Below, piece after piece: positions 26,631 through 36,951 of a stretch of 64,000 nucleotides of DNA. Positions within the stretch are counted from its first letter, which is position 1. Every line of letters starts with the position of its first letter. Under the pieces are notes generated by a model. That model was given only the letters and a program-made list of their open reading frames with translations. It was not told the DNA's origin and searched no databases. Source of the stretch: a virus (lineage: Duplodnaviria; Caudoviricetes); the IMG/VR virus record IMGVR_UViG_2724679462_000002, positions 1 to 64,000 of that record. One strand, 5' to 3'. The position numbers were made by a program, and so were the translations under genes.

Positions 26631-28946
26631 GTGGCATCCACCAATTCGAATTCAAACGAGTACGCGGTTTACATCGGTCAGTGCACGGCGTTAGCACAGA
26701 CGATTTCGGTGAAGTCCATAGAAAGCGTCAACGGCCTGAATCAGTACGTGACGGACTACTACGGATCATCGGCGGTAGACGAGACGGACCCGACTTCGTG
26801 GAGGTACTACATGAATGTCTCGGGGCAGTATCATTCTTCCGATACCGTTATGCAGGTGACGTCGCTCGACACCCTCGAGCAAATCGACTTCACTGCAGAC
26901 AACTTGAAAGTGCACACGGCGACGGCCGAGGCATATCAGTTCGGTACGCGTAGCTACAAGGCGCTGGTCCAGCAGTACCCGCGACAGGTCTCGCTCATCC
27001 TCGGGATTCTTTATCCTGTCGACATCGACGCAGCGATCACTGCAAAGGACGGACAGATTCTCGGCTACCCAGCGACCTATGTAGAGGTCAACGAGTACAG
27101 CTTGATGGAGAAGTTGCAGCGCTGGATTTATGGCTTCAAAGCGCGATGGGTCAATCCGCAGTACGCGATCAGCGACGAGTTGTACCCGATGGTCCAGCTT
27201 GCGAATATGTACTACGGCATTCTCATGGCGATCATCAATTTGCGTGAGGAGGCGTGCGGGACGGCCGAGGCGCACAGCTACCATGTGCAGCAATACCTTG
27301 CCTCGCATCTCGGGCTCGATCAGTTCCTCGAGCACATGACACTCAAGCAGTCGTTGTGGCTCTACCGGAACATCAACTACATCGAGCGCAACGTCGGCAA
27401 GCAGTCCACGTTCAAGACACTGATTCAGAAGCTGCTGACCGATCGGAACATTCCGCTCGCGGCTTACCTGATGAAGCACGATCTGTCGCTGATGCCCAAT
27501 GCGCTCTACCCGACGATCGCCTTCGAGTCGGATCCGCTCAACTTCGGCTACAACCTGTTGCCGGAGACGACGTGGACACTCGACGAGATGCTGAACTACG
27601 AACAGACAGCCGCCAGCGACAACGCGCTCATCCAGGTCGATGTGCAGGGCGAGATTCTCGAGGAGATGGAAAACTCCCTCTCGAATCAGTTGCAGACGAA
27701 GGTGCTTAACTCGGCGATGTTGGACTTGTCGAACTCCACGCCGTACACCCTCGAAGACGTTCTGATGAACCATTGGTTGTTCTTCAGCAGCAAGGACTGG
27801 TACACCGCGTTTCTCGTGGTTGACAACCCTGTGACCGGCGAGCCGATTGTCCCGATTAACGCAAAAGACGGCTACGTCTTCATGTGGTACTGCTACTGCC
27901 AGTCAATCGGCATCGATTTGACCGACAAGCCGGTGCCCGCGGTGCTCGCCAAGCGTGTTCAGCGCATACCGACGCCTAGTGTCGCTGACCTGATGTCAGT
28001 GGTCGACAAGAAGCTGGTTACACAAGATATTGCCCAGCAGGCTATCTCCTACCAGCCCGCGATCCAGCCGATGATCTCGGTCGACGCTTTTGTGGCGACA
28101 GCGCAGTCGATCTACGTCGCGGCGAACACGCAGCGCAATCTGGTGGCGTATCAGGAGCATGCAGTCAGGCGTGGCATGGTCTACGGCATGGTGGGGCGTC
28201 TGTATTCTGACAACATGATCCAGCTGGGTGATGGGGGAACTCAGACTTATGCGGACTGGTTCAAGCTGCGCAACATCGATTTGACGGCATTTTCCGCGAG
28301 CGACTACGAGCTGCTGTACCAATCGATCGTCGAAGCCGCGACGGGTCTGGATTTGAACTCGGCGAACACCCTCGCCAACATCCAGAAGTCGATGATCGCG
28401 ATGATGCAACGGCTGTCGAGCTACAGCGTTCAGTTCCTCTCCGAGATCAACGACAGCGCAATCAAGGACATCGACTGGCCGATGGTCCGCGTGGGCGATG
28501 TGACGAATGCCGGCTCGATTGTGCTGTACGAATCCGACACGGTCGCCGAGGTGCTAGACATTGGCGAACTGGGCAAAGCGTCGACCTCTTACGACGTGAA
28601 CGCCGCCACGACGAACTTCCTGTACGAGTCGTCGGTGATCGACAAGATGGACCACGCTGCGATCGACGCAGCGCCGGCGAAAGACCCGCTCATCATCACG
28701 GAGATGCTCTTTGCAACGGGTGTTCATCCGTCTCCCGTCACGCCCTTGCAAGAGAACGATCGTGGCGTGCCTCCGGTGATTGGTCTGGAAACGTGGCTGG
28801 AACTGTCACCGGCCAATCAGCTTGAGGCGCTCGTCAGCATTTACGCGCCGAACTACAACACCTCGTCCACGCCGATGAAGCAAATGGCCAAGCTCTGGCC
28901 GACCACGACCTTGAGCGGGCTCGTTTACACGGCTCCTTCGACTTGA
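26631..28946 (+). CDS. virion structural protein (baseplate-like)
   Basis: GTG 26631; WRYYMNVSGQYH, LWLYRNINYIERNVGKQSTF; divergent from the portal gene. Confidence 0.7.
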   Translation: MASTNSNSNEYAVYIGQCTALAQTISVKSIESVNGLNQYVTDYYGSSAVDETDPTSWRYYMNVSGQYHSSDTVMQVTSLDTLEQIDFTADNLKVHTATAEAYQFGTRSYKALVQQYPRQVSLILGILYPVDIDAAITAKDGQILGYPATYVEVNEYSLMEKLQRWIYGFKARWVNPQYAISDELYPMVQLANMYYGILMAIINLREEACGTAEAHSYHVQQYLASHLGLDQFLEHMTLKQSLWLYRNINYIERNVGKQSTFKTLIQKLLTDRNIPLAAYLMKHDLSLMPNALYPTIAFESDPLNFGYNLLPETTWTLDEMLNYEQTAASDNALIQVDVQGEILEEMENSLSNQLQTKVLNSAMLDLSNSTPYTLEDVLMNHWLFFSSKDWYTAFLVVDNPVTGEPIVPINAKDGYVFMWYCYCQSIGIDLTDKPVPAVLAKRVQRIPTPSVADLMSVVDKKLVTQDIAQQAISYQPAIQPMISVDAFVATAQSIYVAANTQRNLVAYQEHAVRRGMVYGMVGRLYSDNMIQLGDGGTQTYADWFKLRNIDLTAFSASDYELLYQSIVEAATGLDLNSANTLANIQKSMIAMMQRLSSYSVQFLSEINDSAIKDIDWPMVRVGDVTNAGSIVLYESDTVAEVLDIGELGKASTSYDVNAATTNFLYESSVIDKMDHAAIDAAPAKDPLIITEMLFATGVHPSPVTPLQENDRGVPPVIGLETWLELSPANQLEALVSIYAPNYNTSSTPMKQMAKLWPTTTLSGLVYTAPST

Positions 28947-29030
28947 CATAAAAAAAATGATCGTCTGAAAACAAAACGAATCCTGTGAAGGATTCAGTCC
29001 GAGTCATTTCTGATTAATTAAGGATTCCAA

Positions 29031-29876
29031 ATGGAAAACTCCGCACGCACCGCATGGGGCGCGTATCTGCAAACGTGTCTGCTGCAGAAACTGCCCTTTA
29101 CCATGATGCCGAACACGACGTTGAACGAGAAGTTCGGGATTCAGTCCGGCGTCGCGCCTGCTGCCAGCATCTTGCCCGCGCAGCGCTACTACTGCATCGG
29201 CAACGGCGGTCACGGCATCACGACAGGTTCGGATGGCATCGCAGCTCCTTCACCGCTTCAGCACGAAGCGACGGATGCGGCCCTCTACAATCACCTGCCC
29301 TTCATCATGCGGCCGGTGAGCTCGGATCTGTCAGCCGGTCAGATGGCGCAGTACGCGCTGCGTCAGGTGATCACGTACGGTGGCATCGCGTACGCCTGCT
29401 ACTTCCTGCGCCGGATCGATTACACCAGCGTGGCTGCGCAGGTCAATCTGAACACGGTCTCGAGCGGCAACACGACGACGACGCCTTACAGCGCGAACTC
29501 GTCGAACCTGAACCCGACGCCGCCCACGGTGGCGAACGGCTCGGTCAACGTGGTGTCCGGTGACTACCTGTCGGCCGCCGCCGTCGTCGGTCTCTCATTC
29601 AGTACTCAGGACGCGGCCGAGCTGGTGAACTGCGCGAACATCATCTACGGTGATCCGCGCTACGCCATCATCTCGGAAATCGGCATGGTCTCGGGCGTAG
29701 ACCAGGTCGTGACCGTTCCCGCGACGGGTGGCTCGTTCAACATGAACGAAGTGATCTGCGCTCAGATCTGTTCGTTCATCGATACGTTCGTGCCGATGAA
29801 CTACCAGAACAACGGTACGACCATCAACCTGAACGTGGGCTCGACCGAGCCGCTGTTCAACCTCGCATCGTCCTAA
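29031..29876 (+). CDS. virion structural protein
   Basis: NTTLNEKFGI, YYCIGNGGH, DAALYNHLPF; typical of phiKZ-like virion proteins. Confidence 0.7.
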   Translation: MENSARTAWGAYLQTCLLQKLPFTMMPNTTLNEKFGIQSGVAPAASILPAQRYYCIGNGGHGITTGSDGIAAPSPLQHEATDAALYNHLPFIMRPVSSDLSAGQMAQYALRQVITYGGIAYACYFLRRIDYTSVAAQVNLNTVSSGNTTTTPYSANSSNLNPTPPTVANGSVNVVSGDYLSAAAVVGLSFSTQDAAELVNCANIIYGDPRYAIISEIGMVSGVDQVVTVPATGGSFNMNEVICAQICSFIDTFVPMNYQNNGTTINLNVGSTEPLFNLASS

Positions 29877-29890
29877 GCGACGGAGTCACG

Positions 29891-30478
29891 ATGCTCAGAA
29901 TGCCCACGCATTCGGCATCCATCATCTCCATCATCGGAATCGACCCGGGCAGTACCTGCCTTGGGACGTCGATTTTGTGGGTCGATCTGTCGATCATGAA
30001 GATCATCGCGAGTTCAGCGAAGACCTTCCGCGGCGATCGACTCGGTCAAGAGTTGTGGACCGCCGAGTTGTTCGGTGATCGCATCGGCCGCATTGCATCG
30101 CTCGAAGAGGAGCTTGTTCATCTCTTCCGGCACGTGCAGCCGTACATGATCGCCTCTGAGTCCCCGTTCATGAGCATGCGTCGGCCCCAAGCCTATGGTG
30201 CGCTGACCGAAGTGATTTGCGCCATCCGGCGCGCGGTCATGCGCTACGACATGTGGAAAACCTTGTACCTGATCGATCCGCCCACCGTGAAGAAAGCGGT
30301 CGGTGCCTCGGGCAACGCGGACAAGGACCAAGTCAAAACCAAGCTCATGGCCCTTCCCGATCTGCAATACAGCGGGGACATTCCCATCGCTCGCCTGGAC
30401 GAACACTCTGTCGACGCACTGGCAGTGGCGTACGGCCGCTGGCGAGCCCATCAGGAGGAACTATGCTTGACCAAGTGA
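29891..30478 (+). CDS. ruvC: RuvC-like Holliday junction resolvase
   Basis: IIGIDPGS, ASESPF, VKKAVGASGNADKDQV, DEHSVDALAVA. Confidence 0.88.
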   Translation: MLRMPTHSASIISIIGIDPGSTCLGTSILWVDLSIMKIIASSAKTFRGDRLGQELWTAELFGDRIGRIASLEEELVHLFRHVQPYMIASESPFMSMRRPQAYGALTEVICAIRRAVMRYDMWKTLYLIDPPTVKKAVGASGNADKDQVKTKLMALPDLQYSGDIPIARLDEHSVDALAVAYGRWRAHQEELCLTK

Positions 30479-30960
30479 AGGAATACGCAACCGCCATCAT
30501 CGGCACTGTCGTCGTTGTTGTTGTCGCGGGACTGATCGCCTTTGGTGTCTGGGAGGCACACAAGGTGAAAACCCTCACCGAGGCCGCTGGTGAGTCCACG
30601 CAGCAAATCGAGGACCTGAAGTCCGCGAACGACAATCTCAAAAGCCAGCTCGATCTCGCGAAGAAATCCAGACAGGTCAACGACCAGGTTGTGACCGACG
30701 ACGTTCAGGCAAAAGCCGCAACCGCTGCTTCGCAGGCCGTCATCACGGCCAAGACGGACGCTCAGGTCGCCGTCGTGAAGAAGAAGTACGAGCCGGTCGC
30801 AGGGCAAGCTATTTCCGCCAGTGCAGCCAAAGCTGAATCCAGCGAGATCAGTCGCATCCGCGTGAATAGCCTGTGGGACACCTATTGCAACAACGTCCCC
30901 GCTTCCACCACCGGATGCGCCGCGGTTCCGACCACGCCTGCGAGTGCACCGTCCGCATAG
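30463..30960 (+). CDS. putative i-spanin (Rz-like)
   Basis: AGGAGG RBS; N-terminal TM helix, coiled coil, C-terminal Cys pair. Confidence 0.6.
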   Translation: MLDQVKEYATAIIGTVVVVVVAGLIAFGVWEAHKVKTLTEAAGESTQQIEDLKSANDNLKSQLDLAKKSRQVNDQVVTDDVQAKAATAASQAVITAKTDAQVAVVKKKYEPVAGQAISASAAKAESSEISRIRVNSLWDTYCNNVPASTTGCAAVPTTPASAPSA

Positions 30961-31003
30961 AGCGGATCAACAAAAAAAGAAGCAAGACCTTTCGGGGAAG
31001 AAA

Positions 31004-31345
31004 ATGAAACGACTTCGCTGTCTGGCAGCTGTCGCGGCTGCCGCATTGAGTGTGGCCGGGTGCGGCAGTCAGCCGGTGCTGGACACACGCTATCAGACGT
31101 TCCTACCGGAGCTGCCCGCCATCCTGGTGGCAGACTGTCCCGTCACTCCTCCGCCCCAGCGAGACGTCTACGCCGCGGCGGACACGGAGACCAAGGAACA
31201 ACTGCTCTCGGGCGCCTACCAGGCACAGACAAACAACATCGGCAGCTGCAACCAGGACAAGGCAGGCATCCGCACCTGGTACAAAGAGCAGAAAGCGCTT
31301 GTCGACAAGGCCAATGCGGCAAGCGCTCCTGTGGGGAACAAGTGA
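31004..31345 (+). CDS. putative o-spanin lipoprotein (Rz1-like)
   Basis: signal peptide with lipobox VAGC, Pro-rich, further Cys residues; follows the i-spanin candidate. Confidence 0.65.
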   Translation: MKRLRCLAAVAAAALSVAGCGSQPVLDTRYQTFLPELPAILVADCPVTPPPQRDVYAAADTETKEQLLSGAYQAQTNNIGSCNQDKAGIRTWYKEQKALVDKANAASAPVGNK

Positions 31346-31605
31346 TGAGCGAGCATCTCGATGCGGACAAGGATCCGACTCCTCCCACCGAGCTCGACGC
31401 GAAAGAACTGACCCGGGAAACGCGAAGTCTGCAGACGCAAGTCTACGTTCTGGCAGGCATTCTCCTGGCGTTCATGCTTGCCGTGCTGCTAGGTGCGGTG
31501 CTCACCACTGCGGTGCACATGGGCGTCATCACCGCAGGCGCTTGCCTCCACAACCTTTTGGACACGGCCAAGGAGATCGTCACGGTCTTCCTCGAGGCCG
31601 AATAA
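31345..31605 (+). CDS. small membrane protein (holin candidate)
   Basis: TGATG coupling; long hydrophobic stretch; next to the spanin pair. Confidence 0.5.
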   Translation: MSEHLDADKDPTPPTELDAKELTRETRSLQTQVYVLAGILLAFMLAVLLGAVLTTAVHMGVITAGACLHNLLDTAKEIVTVFLEAE

Positions 31606-31610
31606 GAATC

Positions 31611-32291
31611 ATGACAAGCTTGTTGAAGATGGCCCTCGAGGAAGTCGCCAACGGCGAAGCCTTCGAGGAGATCGAGTACGTGTTTTATGCTCGCCTCCCG
31701 GAACCCGTCAAAGTCCCGACGGGCTGGGGCTTCTCGGAGCACCAGGAGCAGTGGGAATTCAAGATCCCGAAGACAGATCAGAACGGCGGCCAAGGCGGCA
31801 TCAGGATCAGGAAGACGCAGCGGATCAATGTCCGCGGACAGATTCCGCCCGAGTACGTGATGACGACCAAGGTGCGACGTTCCGATGGGAGCAACGAGGA
31901 AGTACCGATTCCGACCACCGTGGCGAACTTCGAACAATTCCGCATGCTTTCGGATCGCGGAATGATCAAGGATCGCTACGAGTATGTGATTTCGGATGAC
32001 GCGGTGCCGCCCGGCCTGGGGAGCGGTTTGAAATGGGAGGTCGACTTCTTCCTCAAGCCCGACGGCACGTACTTCCCGTGGGTCAAACTCGACCTTGAAG
32101 TGCGTAAGCGGACGAAGGACGTCGCCGATCTGCCTGCGTTTCCGTTCCAGGCTCTGGAGTGGATTCTCAAGCAGACGGGCGAGCGCAGTGCCGAGGAAGA
32201 AACGAAGCTGCGCGGAATCTACGAAGAGTGCTTCTTGGCGAAGAATTGCTACGCGACCAACTTCGTTCGCCAGCAACCTGTAGAAACATGA
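31611..32291 (+). CDS. CYTH / triphosphate tunnel metalloenzyme-like protein
   Basis: EEIEYVFY, IRIRKT, MTTK, KDRY, WEVDFF and LDLEV appear in CYTH order; N-terminal ALE motif. Confidence 0.65.
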   Translation: MTSLLKMALEEVANGEAFEEIEYVFYARLPEPVKVPTGWGFSEHQEQWEFKIPKTDQNGGQGGIRIRKTQRINVRGQIPPEYVMTTKVRRSDGSNEEVPIPTTVANFEQFRMLSDRGMIKDRYEYVISDDAVPPGLGSGLKWEVDFFLKPDGTYFPWVKLDLEVRKRTKDVADLPAFPFQALEWILKQTGERSAEEETKLRGIYEECFLAKNCYATNFVRQQPVET

Positions 32292-32340
32292 CGGACATAA
32301 CGCCAGAGTGGAACAAGTCCACTCTGGCTTTTATGCCGTC
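32291..32340. terminator. bidirectional CATAA...TTATGCCG hairpin
   Basis: ACGGACATAA-C-GCCAGAGTGGA-ACAAG-TCCACTCTGGC-TTTTATGCCGT between convergent genes. Confidence 0.75.
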
Positions 32341-32373
32341 TAGACGCCCTCTTTTCCCCGAGAAGGCGCTAGG

Positions 32374-32856
32374 TCATGCCGGAGCGCTGGCCAGTTGAAG
32401 GTTCAGCGTCAGGACGCCCTGGAAAGCGAGCGATGTGGGCTCGGCCGCGAGAACAGCACCGACGACCGAACCGTAGGTGATGTTCTGCACGTCTGCCTGC
32501 GCCATTTGCAAGCCGTAGTAGGCGTTGATCTGGTTGAGCAGCGTGTAGGCGTCCGTCGGCAAGCTCGTGACCTGGATCGGTGTTGGCGTTGATGCATACG
32601 CCGTCAACGTGGCCAGATCGATGCGCTTGTAGAGGAAGGTGCGGGAGCCGCGATAGCGACGAGGAAACACGTTCGGGTCCATCGACAACTGAACGAACGT
32701 GTCGCGCTGATAGGCGTCGGCAACGAGCGGGGTAGTGCTAGTTGGAATGCCGTACAGCACGCCGGTCGCAGGCAACATGAAGCCGTTGCTCGCGTAGATG
32801 AGATCCCGAATGATGTCCTGGGACTTTTTGCTGTAGTCGCAGAGGGGAGTCGGCAT
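32374..32856 (-). CDS. small virion/tail protein
   Basis: FLYKRIDLA...LLNQINAYYGL...SLAFQG pattern seen in jumbo-phage tail proteins. Confidence 0.6.
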   Translation of the reverse strand: MPTPLCDYSKKSQDIIRDLIYASNGFMLPATGVLYGIPTSTTPLVADAYQRDTFVQLSMDPNVFPRRYRGSRTFLYKRIDLATLTAYASTPTPIQVTSLPTDAYTLLNQINAYYGLQMAQADVQNITYGSVVGAVLAAEPTSLAFQGVLTLNLQLASAPA

Positions 32857-32915
32857 GCTAGGGCCCTATGAATGAGCGTTACGAGGGTTCTTTGTGTATT
32901 TCCCTCATAGAAATC

Positions 32916-32960
32916 ACGGCATAAAGCCGGAGGGGCTGCCCCGCTCCGGCTTTATGCGTC
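32916..32960. terminator. CGGCATAA hairpin element
   Basis: GCATAAAGCCGGAG-GGGCTGCCCCG-CTCCGGCTTTATGC just past the tail fibre stop. Confidence 0.7.
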
Positions 32961-32975
32961 ACGCTCACTGCCCTC

Positions 32976-35495
32976 TTACTTCATCCGGAGCAGCCGCTTG
33001 AGACCATCCTTCCAGCGACGGGCACGAGCCTTCTTCTCCAGACTGACCGCAGCCTTCGCATGACTGCGGGCATGCTCCAGCCAATCAAGTGCTGTGTAGT
33101 CGTACATGAACTCGTTCACCGAGGCACCGACCACATAACCATCGACGATGATTGGCGACCCGAGCGTCACCGGCAGGTACACCAGCGTGTCCGGCGTCGA
33201 CGGCATCACTTCGACCTTGCGCTTGACGAATCCATCCAGATGGGCGAAGTCCACATCACCTATGAAGTGGCTGTAGAGATCCTTCAACCCCTTGACAACG
33301 CCGAGCTCAACTTCCCTTCGCCACATCGCTGGATTGGCCGACCACCACCATTGACGACCGTCCTTGCGCGCCCAGAACGAATGCTCTTCGCTCCAGCGCA
33401 GGCGATCGCCGGCGAATCCCATCAGGTGACGATGTCCCAGGCGGGAAACGTGGAGACGCTGGACTTCTTCTGGGCCCGTCGCTCCCGCGACCCAGTCGCC
33501 CGCACGAACCGTTTCGATCGGCTGCCAGCTCTGATCTGCCATGAGCACGAGGCTTCCTGCAGTGAAGCAGCAGGTATCAGTGCTACCACCGCCTGAGGAC
33601 GGGGGAGGAGGAGCTGCGCCGTTGATGTAACCATACTGAGGCTGACCGCGGTTCGGCGAACCTTGAATGATCACCGCGTAGCTACGCGGGCTACCCGTCT
33701 GACCGACACCGCTTACGCCCGAGTACGCCGTGAACAAGCCGTTGCCGTTTTGGATGAAGCTGTACGAGCGGTCGTTCGACAGCACGACGTTATCGCCCAG
33801 CGACGAATGGAAGACCATGTTGTCCAAACTTCCGTTCGCGCAGATAACCGTGACGATGTTGCCGGACCGGAAAAAGCCCTGAATCTGAGCGCCGCCGGGT
33901 GCCGTGAAAAACGGGAAACTGCCCGTAACCGTCGTGTCGCCCCCGGTCTGTCTCCAATACGCCGTTGCACCTTGGACCGAGTAGCACAACTCCAAGCTCC
34001 GGCCCATGTTGCCAGCCATCGCGCCCGAATAATTGGTGCCGTAGTACTGGGTTCCGGTCTCCGTGACCGGATGACCACTCGCGTTGATCTGCGCTTGCGC
34101 ATTGGCCAGATCGCCGCCGAGGTTATTCCACGGCCCCACTGCACCCAACGCCTGCGCGCTGACCCCATGCGGGTTGTTGTAGTTCCCGATGTGATTGTTG
34201 ATGCTGGCCGAGTTCGAGTTGAAGATTCCCGCCATCCAGTTCGCGGCATTGTTAATGGCGTCGGCGTACTGCGCTTGCGTCATCCCACCAAGCTGGCCGA
34301 TCGTCACGCCGTGCGGATTGCTCCGGTTCGCAATGTGGTTGGTCAATGTGGACATCAGCGTCTGCAGCGCCGCCGCTGTCCACGTTCCAAGTTGCGCCGG
34401 GGTCACGCCGTGCGGATTGTTCGTGTTCGCGACGTGCGCGCTCAGCGCCGAGCTCGCGCCACTCGCACTACTCGAAACCGTGGCTGCTGCTGCTGCGATC
34501 GCCGATTGAATTGCCGGCACGCTTTCCGTGCCCAGTTGAGTCACCGTCACCTGGTGCGGATTGCCGGTATCGTTCAGGTGCGCGGTCATCACAGCAGCGT
34601 TCGCGCTGATGGTTCCGTTCACCGTCGTTTGCGCAGCGCTGATCTTTCCATTGGCCTGCGACACCGAATACATTCCGACCTGGGCCAGTGTGACCCCGTG
34701 CGGGTTACTCTGGTTCGACGTGTGGTTGGTCAGCGTCTGAGCGACGTTGGCGTCTCCTGCCTGGCGCGCCTGCGTCTCCACGAGGATCGCAGCATCCTGC
34801 TGCGCCTCGGTGAGCGCGCCGAGTTGGGCGGACGTCACCTGGTGTGGGTTACTGTGATTTGCGATGTGACCAGCAAGCGCCGTGTTCTGGGCCGATACAA
34901 CCTGGAGCTCGTCGTTCTCCATCGCGTCCGCATATGCCCGAACTCGAGACTGCGCCAGCGGATCGCCCATGATCGCGAGCTGCGCGATGCGGTCGATAGC
35001 ATGCACCACGTACTCGAACGTGATGAGACCCGCCTGACCGTCGTCATGCATCGCCTCAGATGCAGGCAGATCGGATACCCGGTCTACTACGGACGGCCAC
35101 GTCGAAGGCCGCGTCGCTGGTTCGAACGTGCCGACTTCGGTTGCGAGCACCGTTTGTGGTGTTGCGAAACCGGCACCCAGCGCCTGGTACTCGATTACGA
35201 GGTTGCCGGAGACGCTGGGGTCGGTCACGACGACGAGCGAGACGATGTTGGTGTCGTTCGGGGTGCCGTACTTGGTCGTCGCCAGATCCATCAGGCCCGT
35301 GGTGAAGTACTGCGATGGGGTGACGGGATTGTTCGAGGTCGAATCGGTGATCTTCAGGGTCGATTCGTAGAAGCCGCCGTATACCGGGGCAAACGCGCGA
35401 ACCAGCCCCGATCCGATGCTGTGGCTCTCCGACGTGATGTGATTGGTCGGTGCCTTCGCCGTGGGATCCAGCGGCAAAGTCAAGACTTCTGACAT
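32976..35495 (-). CDS. tail fibre with NPH repeats and a C-terminal Hint domain
   Basis: PLDPT N-terminus; HxxNxxNPHxVT repeats; C-terminal CFTAGSLVLMADQSWQPIETVRAGDWV...IIVDGYVV. Confidence 0.8.
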   Translation of the reverse strand: MSEVLTLPLDPTAKAPTNHITSESHSIGSGLVRAFAPVYGGFYESTLKITDSTSNNPVTPSQYFTTGLMDLATTKYGTPNDTNIVSLVVVTDPSVSGNLVIEYQALGAGFATPQTVLATEVGTFEPATRPSTWPSVVDRVSDLPASEAMHDDGQAGLITFEYVVHAIDRIAQLAIMGDPLAQSRVRAYADAMENDELQVVSAQNTALAGHIANHSNPHQVTSAQLGALTEAQQDAAILVETQARQAGDANVAQTLTNHTSNQSNPHGVTLAQVGMYSVSQANGKISAAQTTVNGTISANAAVMTAHLNDTGNPHQVTVTQLGTESVPAIQSAIAAAAATVSSSASGASSALSAHVANTNNPHGVTPAQLGTWTAAALQTLMSTLTNHIANRSNPHGVTIGQLGGMTQAQYADAINNAANWMAGIFNSNSASINNHIGNYNNPHGVSAQALGAVGPWNNLGGDLANAQAQINASGHPVTETGTQYYGTNYSGAMAGNMGRSLELCYSVQGATAYWRQTGGDTTVTGSFPFFTAPGGAQIQGFFRSGNIVTVICANGSLDNMVFHSSLGDNVVLSNDRSYSFIQNGNGLFTAYSGVSGVGQTGSPRSYAVIIQGSPNRGQPQYGYINGAAPPPPSSGGGSTDTCCFTAGSLVLMADQSWQPIETVRAGDWVAGATGPEEVQRLHVSRLGHRHLMGFAGDRLRWSEEHSFWARKDGRQWWWSANPAMWRREVELGVVKGLKDLYSHFIGDVDFAHLDGFVKRKVEVMPSTPDTLVYLPVTLGSPIIVDGYVVGASVNEFMYDYTALDWLEHARSHAKAAVSLEKKARARRWKDGLKRLLRMK

Positions 35496-35522
35496 GATGT
35501 TTTCCTCCCACCAAGCGCCGGC

Positions 35523-36932
35523 TTAGTGATACGAAAGGTTGTAGACCGCCGTTGCCAGCGCGCTCTGCCACTGGGCGTAGGTCCACCCTCCCAACTGAGC
35601 GACCGTCACGTTGTGCGGGTTGCTGTAGTTGTAGATGTGGCTGTTGATCCAGTTCGTCTGTGGGTTCAGGTACGAGACCTGGGCAGGCGTCGTGAAGTTG
35701 TTGGCGATGTTGTTGTTGATCTGCGCTGCGGTCAGCGTGCCAACCTGCGCCGTCGTCACCTGGTGCGGGTTGTTGCCGTTACCAACGTGACCTGCTACGC
35801 CGCTATTTATGTTGCCGATGCTTGCGCTGTCCCACCCGTTAATCTGGGTGAGCGTCACCTGATGCGGATTGCTCGTGTTCGCGATGTGCGCATTCATCGT
35901 CGCCTCATCCGCGTTCAGCTGCGTCGTGACCGGTGACATCGCGTTGCTGATCGTGGTATTGATCTGCGCCGTCGTCTGTCCATCGATCTGGGTGAGCGTA
36001 ACCAGGTGCGGATTGCTTTTGTTCGCGATGTGGGCACTCATCGCGGCCGCGTCCGTTGAGAGCGTCGTGTTCAGTGCTGTCGTTATTGAGCTCAGGTTCG
36101 AATCCGCTTGCGCCGAGGTGTAGCCGCCTGCTTGCGCAGCAGTCACTTGGTGCGGGTTGTCGGTCCGCGTCGCGTGCGCCGTGATATTCGTCGTCAGCGT
36201 TGCATCGCCGGCCGTGCGCGCGCTGGCCTCGCTTGCGATCAAGCTGCTCACTTGGGCCGCCGAGTAGACGTCAACCTGAGCGAGTGTCACCTGGTGAGGG
36301 TTGTTCTCGTTCGCGATGTGTGCCGCCAGCGCCTGTGCCAAGTTGGCAATGTCCGCGTTGCGCAGCGCTGCCTGCTGGTCCAGGTAGTTGAGTGTCGAGT
36401 CGTACGACGAAGCCTTGATGAGCGTCATCGCATTCAAGATCATCTCGAGCCCGCTTACCACGTAGTCCCAGTTGTACGTGTCGCCCACGGCGTGCATGTG
36501 CAGCACGGGCGTGAACGTATCCGGCAGGTCCGTGATGTTCGCGAACTTGACGCTCCGGTTATCGTTCGCCAGCGTCGCCACCTCGGTCGCAATCGCTGCA
36601 ATCGGACGGCTATACTCGCCACCGAGCGCCTGATAGCTCAGCTCGACGTTCGGACCCACTGTCGGATCCGTGATCACCACGACGCCGTAGATTTCCTGTC
36701 CGACTAGGCTCGATGCTTGTTCGTGAAGGAACTGGAACTGATACTGCGTGACGTCAAGTTGCTTTTGCGTGAAGCTGTCGACGATCTCCATCGACGACGC
36801 GAAGAACGCACCATAGTTCGGCGCAATTGCTCTGACTGGATCGGTCCCGATCGCGTGGGCGTCGCCCGTCACGTAATTGTCTTTACTTTGACCGGTTTTA
36901 TCCAGCGGGTACCGATAGAGATTCGGTGTCAT
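35523..36932 (-). CDS. tail fibre protein with NPH repeats
   Basis: YPLDKTG N-terminus; multiple NPHQVT repeats; AAAGGA RBS. Confidence 0.8.
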   Translation of the reverse strand: MTPNLYRYPLDKTGQSKDNYVTGDAHAIGTDPVRAIAPNYGAFFASSMEIVDSFTQKQLDVTQYQFQFLHEQASSLVGQEIYGVVVITDPTVGPNVELSYQALGGEYSRPIAAIATEVATLANDNRSVKFANITDLPDTFTPVLHMHAVGDTYNWDYVVSGLEMILNAMTLIKASSYDSTLNYLDQQAALRNADIANLAQALAAHIANENNPHQVTLAQVDVYSAAQVSSLIASEASARTAGDATLTTNITAHATRTDNPHQVTAAQAGGYTSAQADSNLSSITTALNTTLSTDAAAMSAHIANKSNPHLVTLTQIDGQTTAQINTTISNAMSPVTTQLNADEATMNAHIANTSNPHQVTLTQINGWDSASIGNINSGVAGHVGNGNNPHQVTTAQVGTLTAAQINNNIANNFTTPAQVSYLNPQTNWINSHIYNYSNPHNVTVAQLGGWTYAQWQSALATAVYNLSYH

Positions 36933-36951
36933 GTTTCCTTTACTCCGTCGA

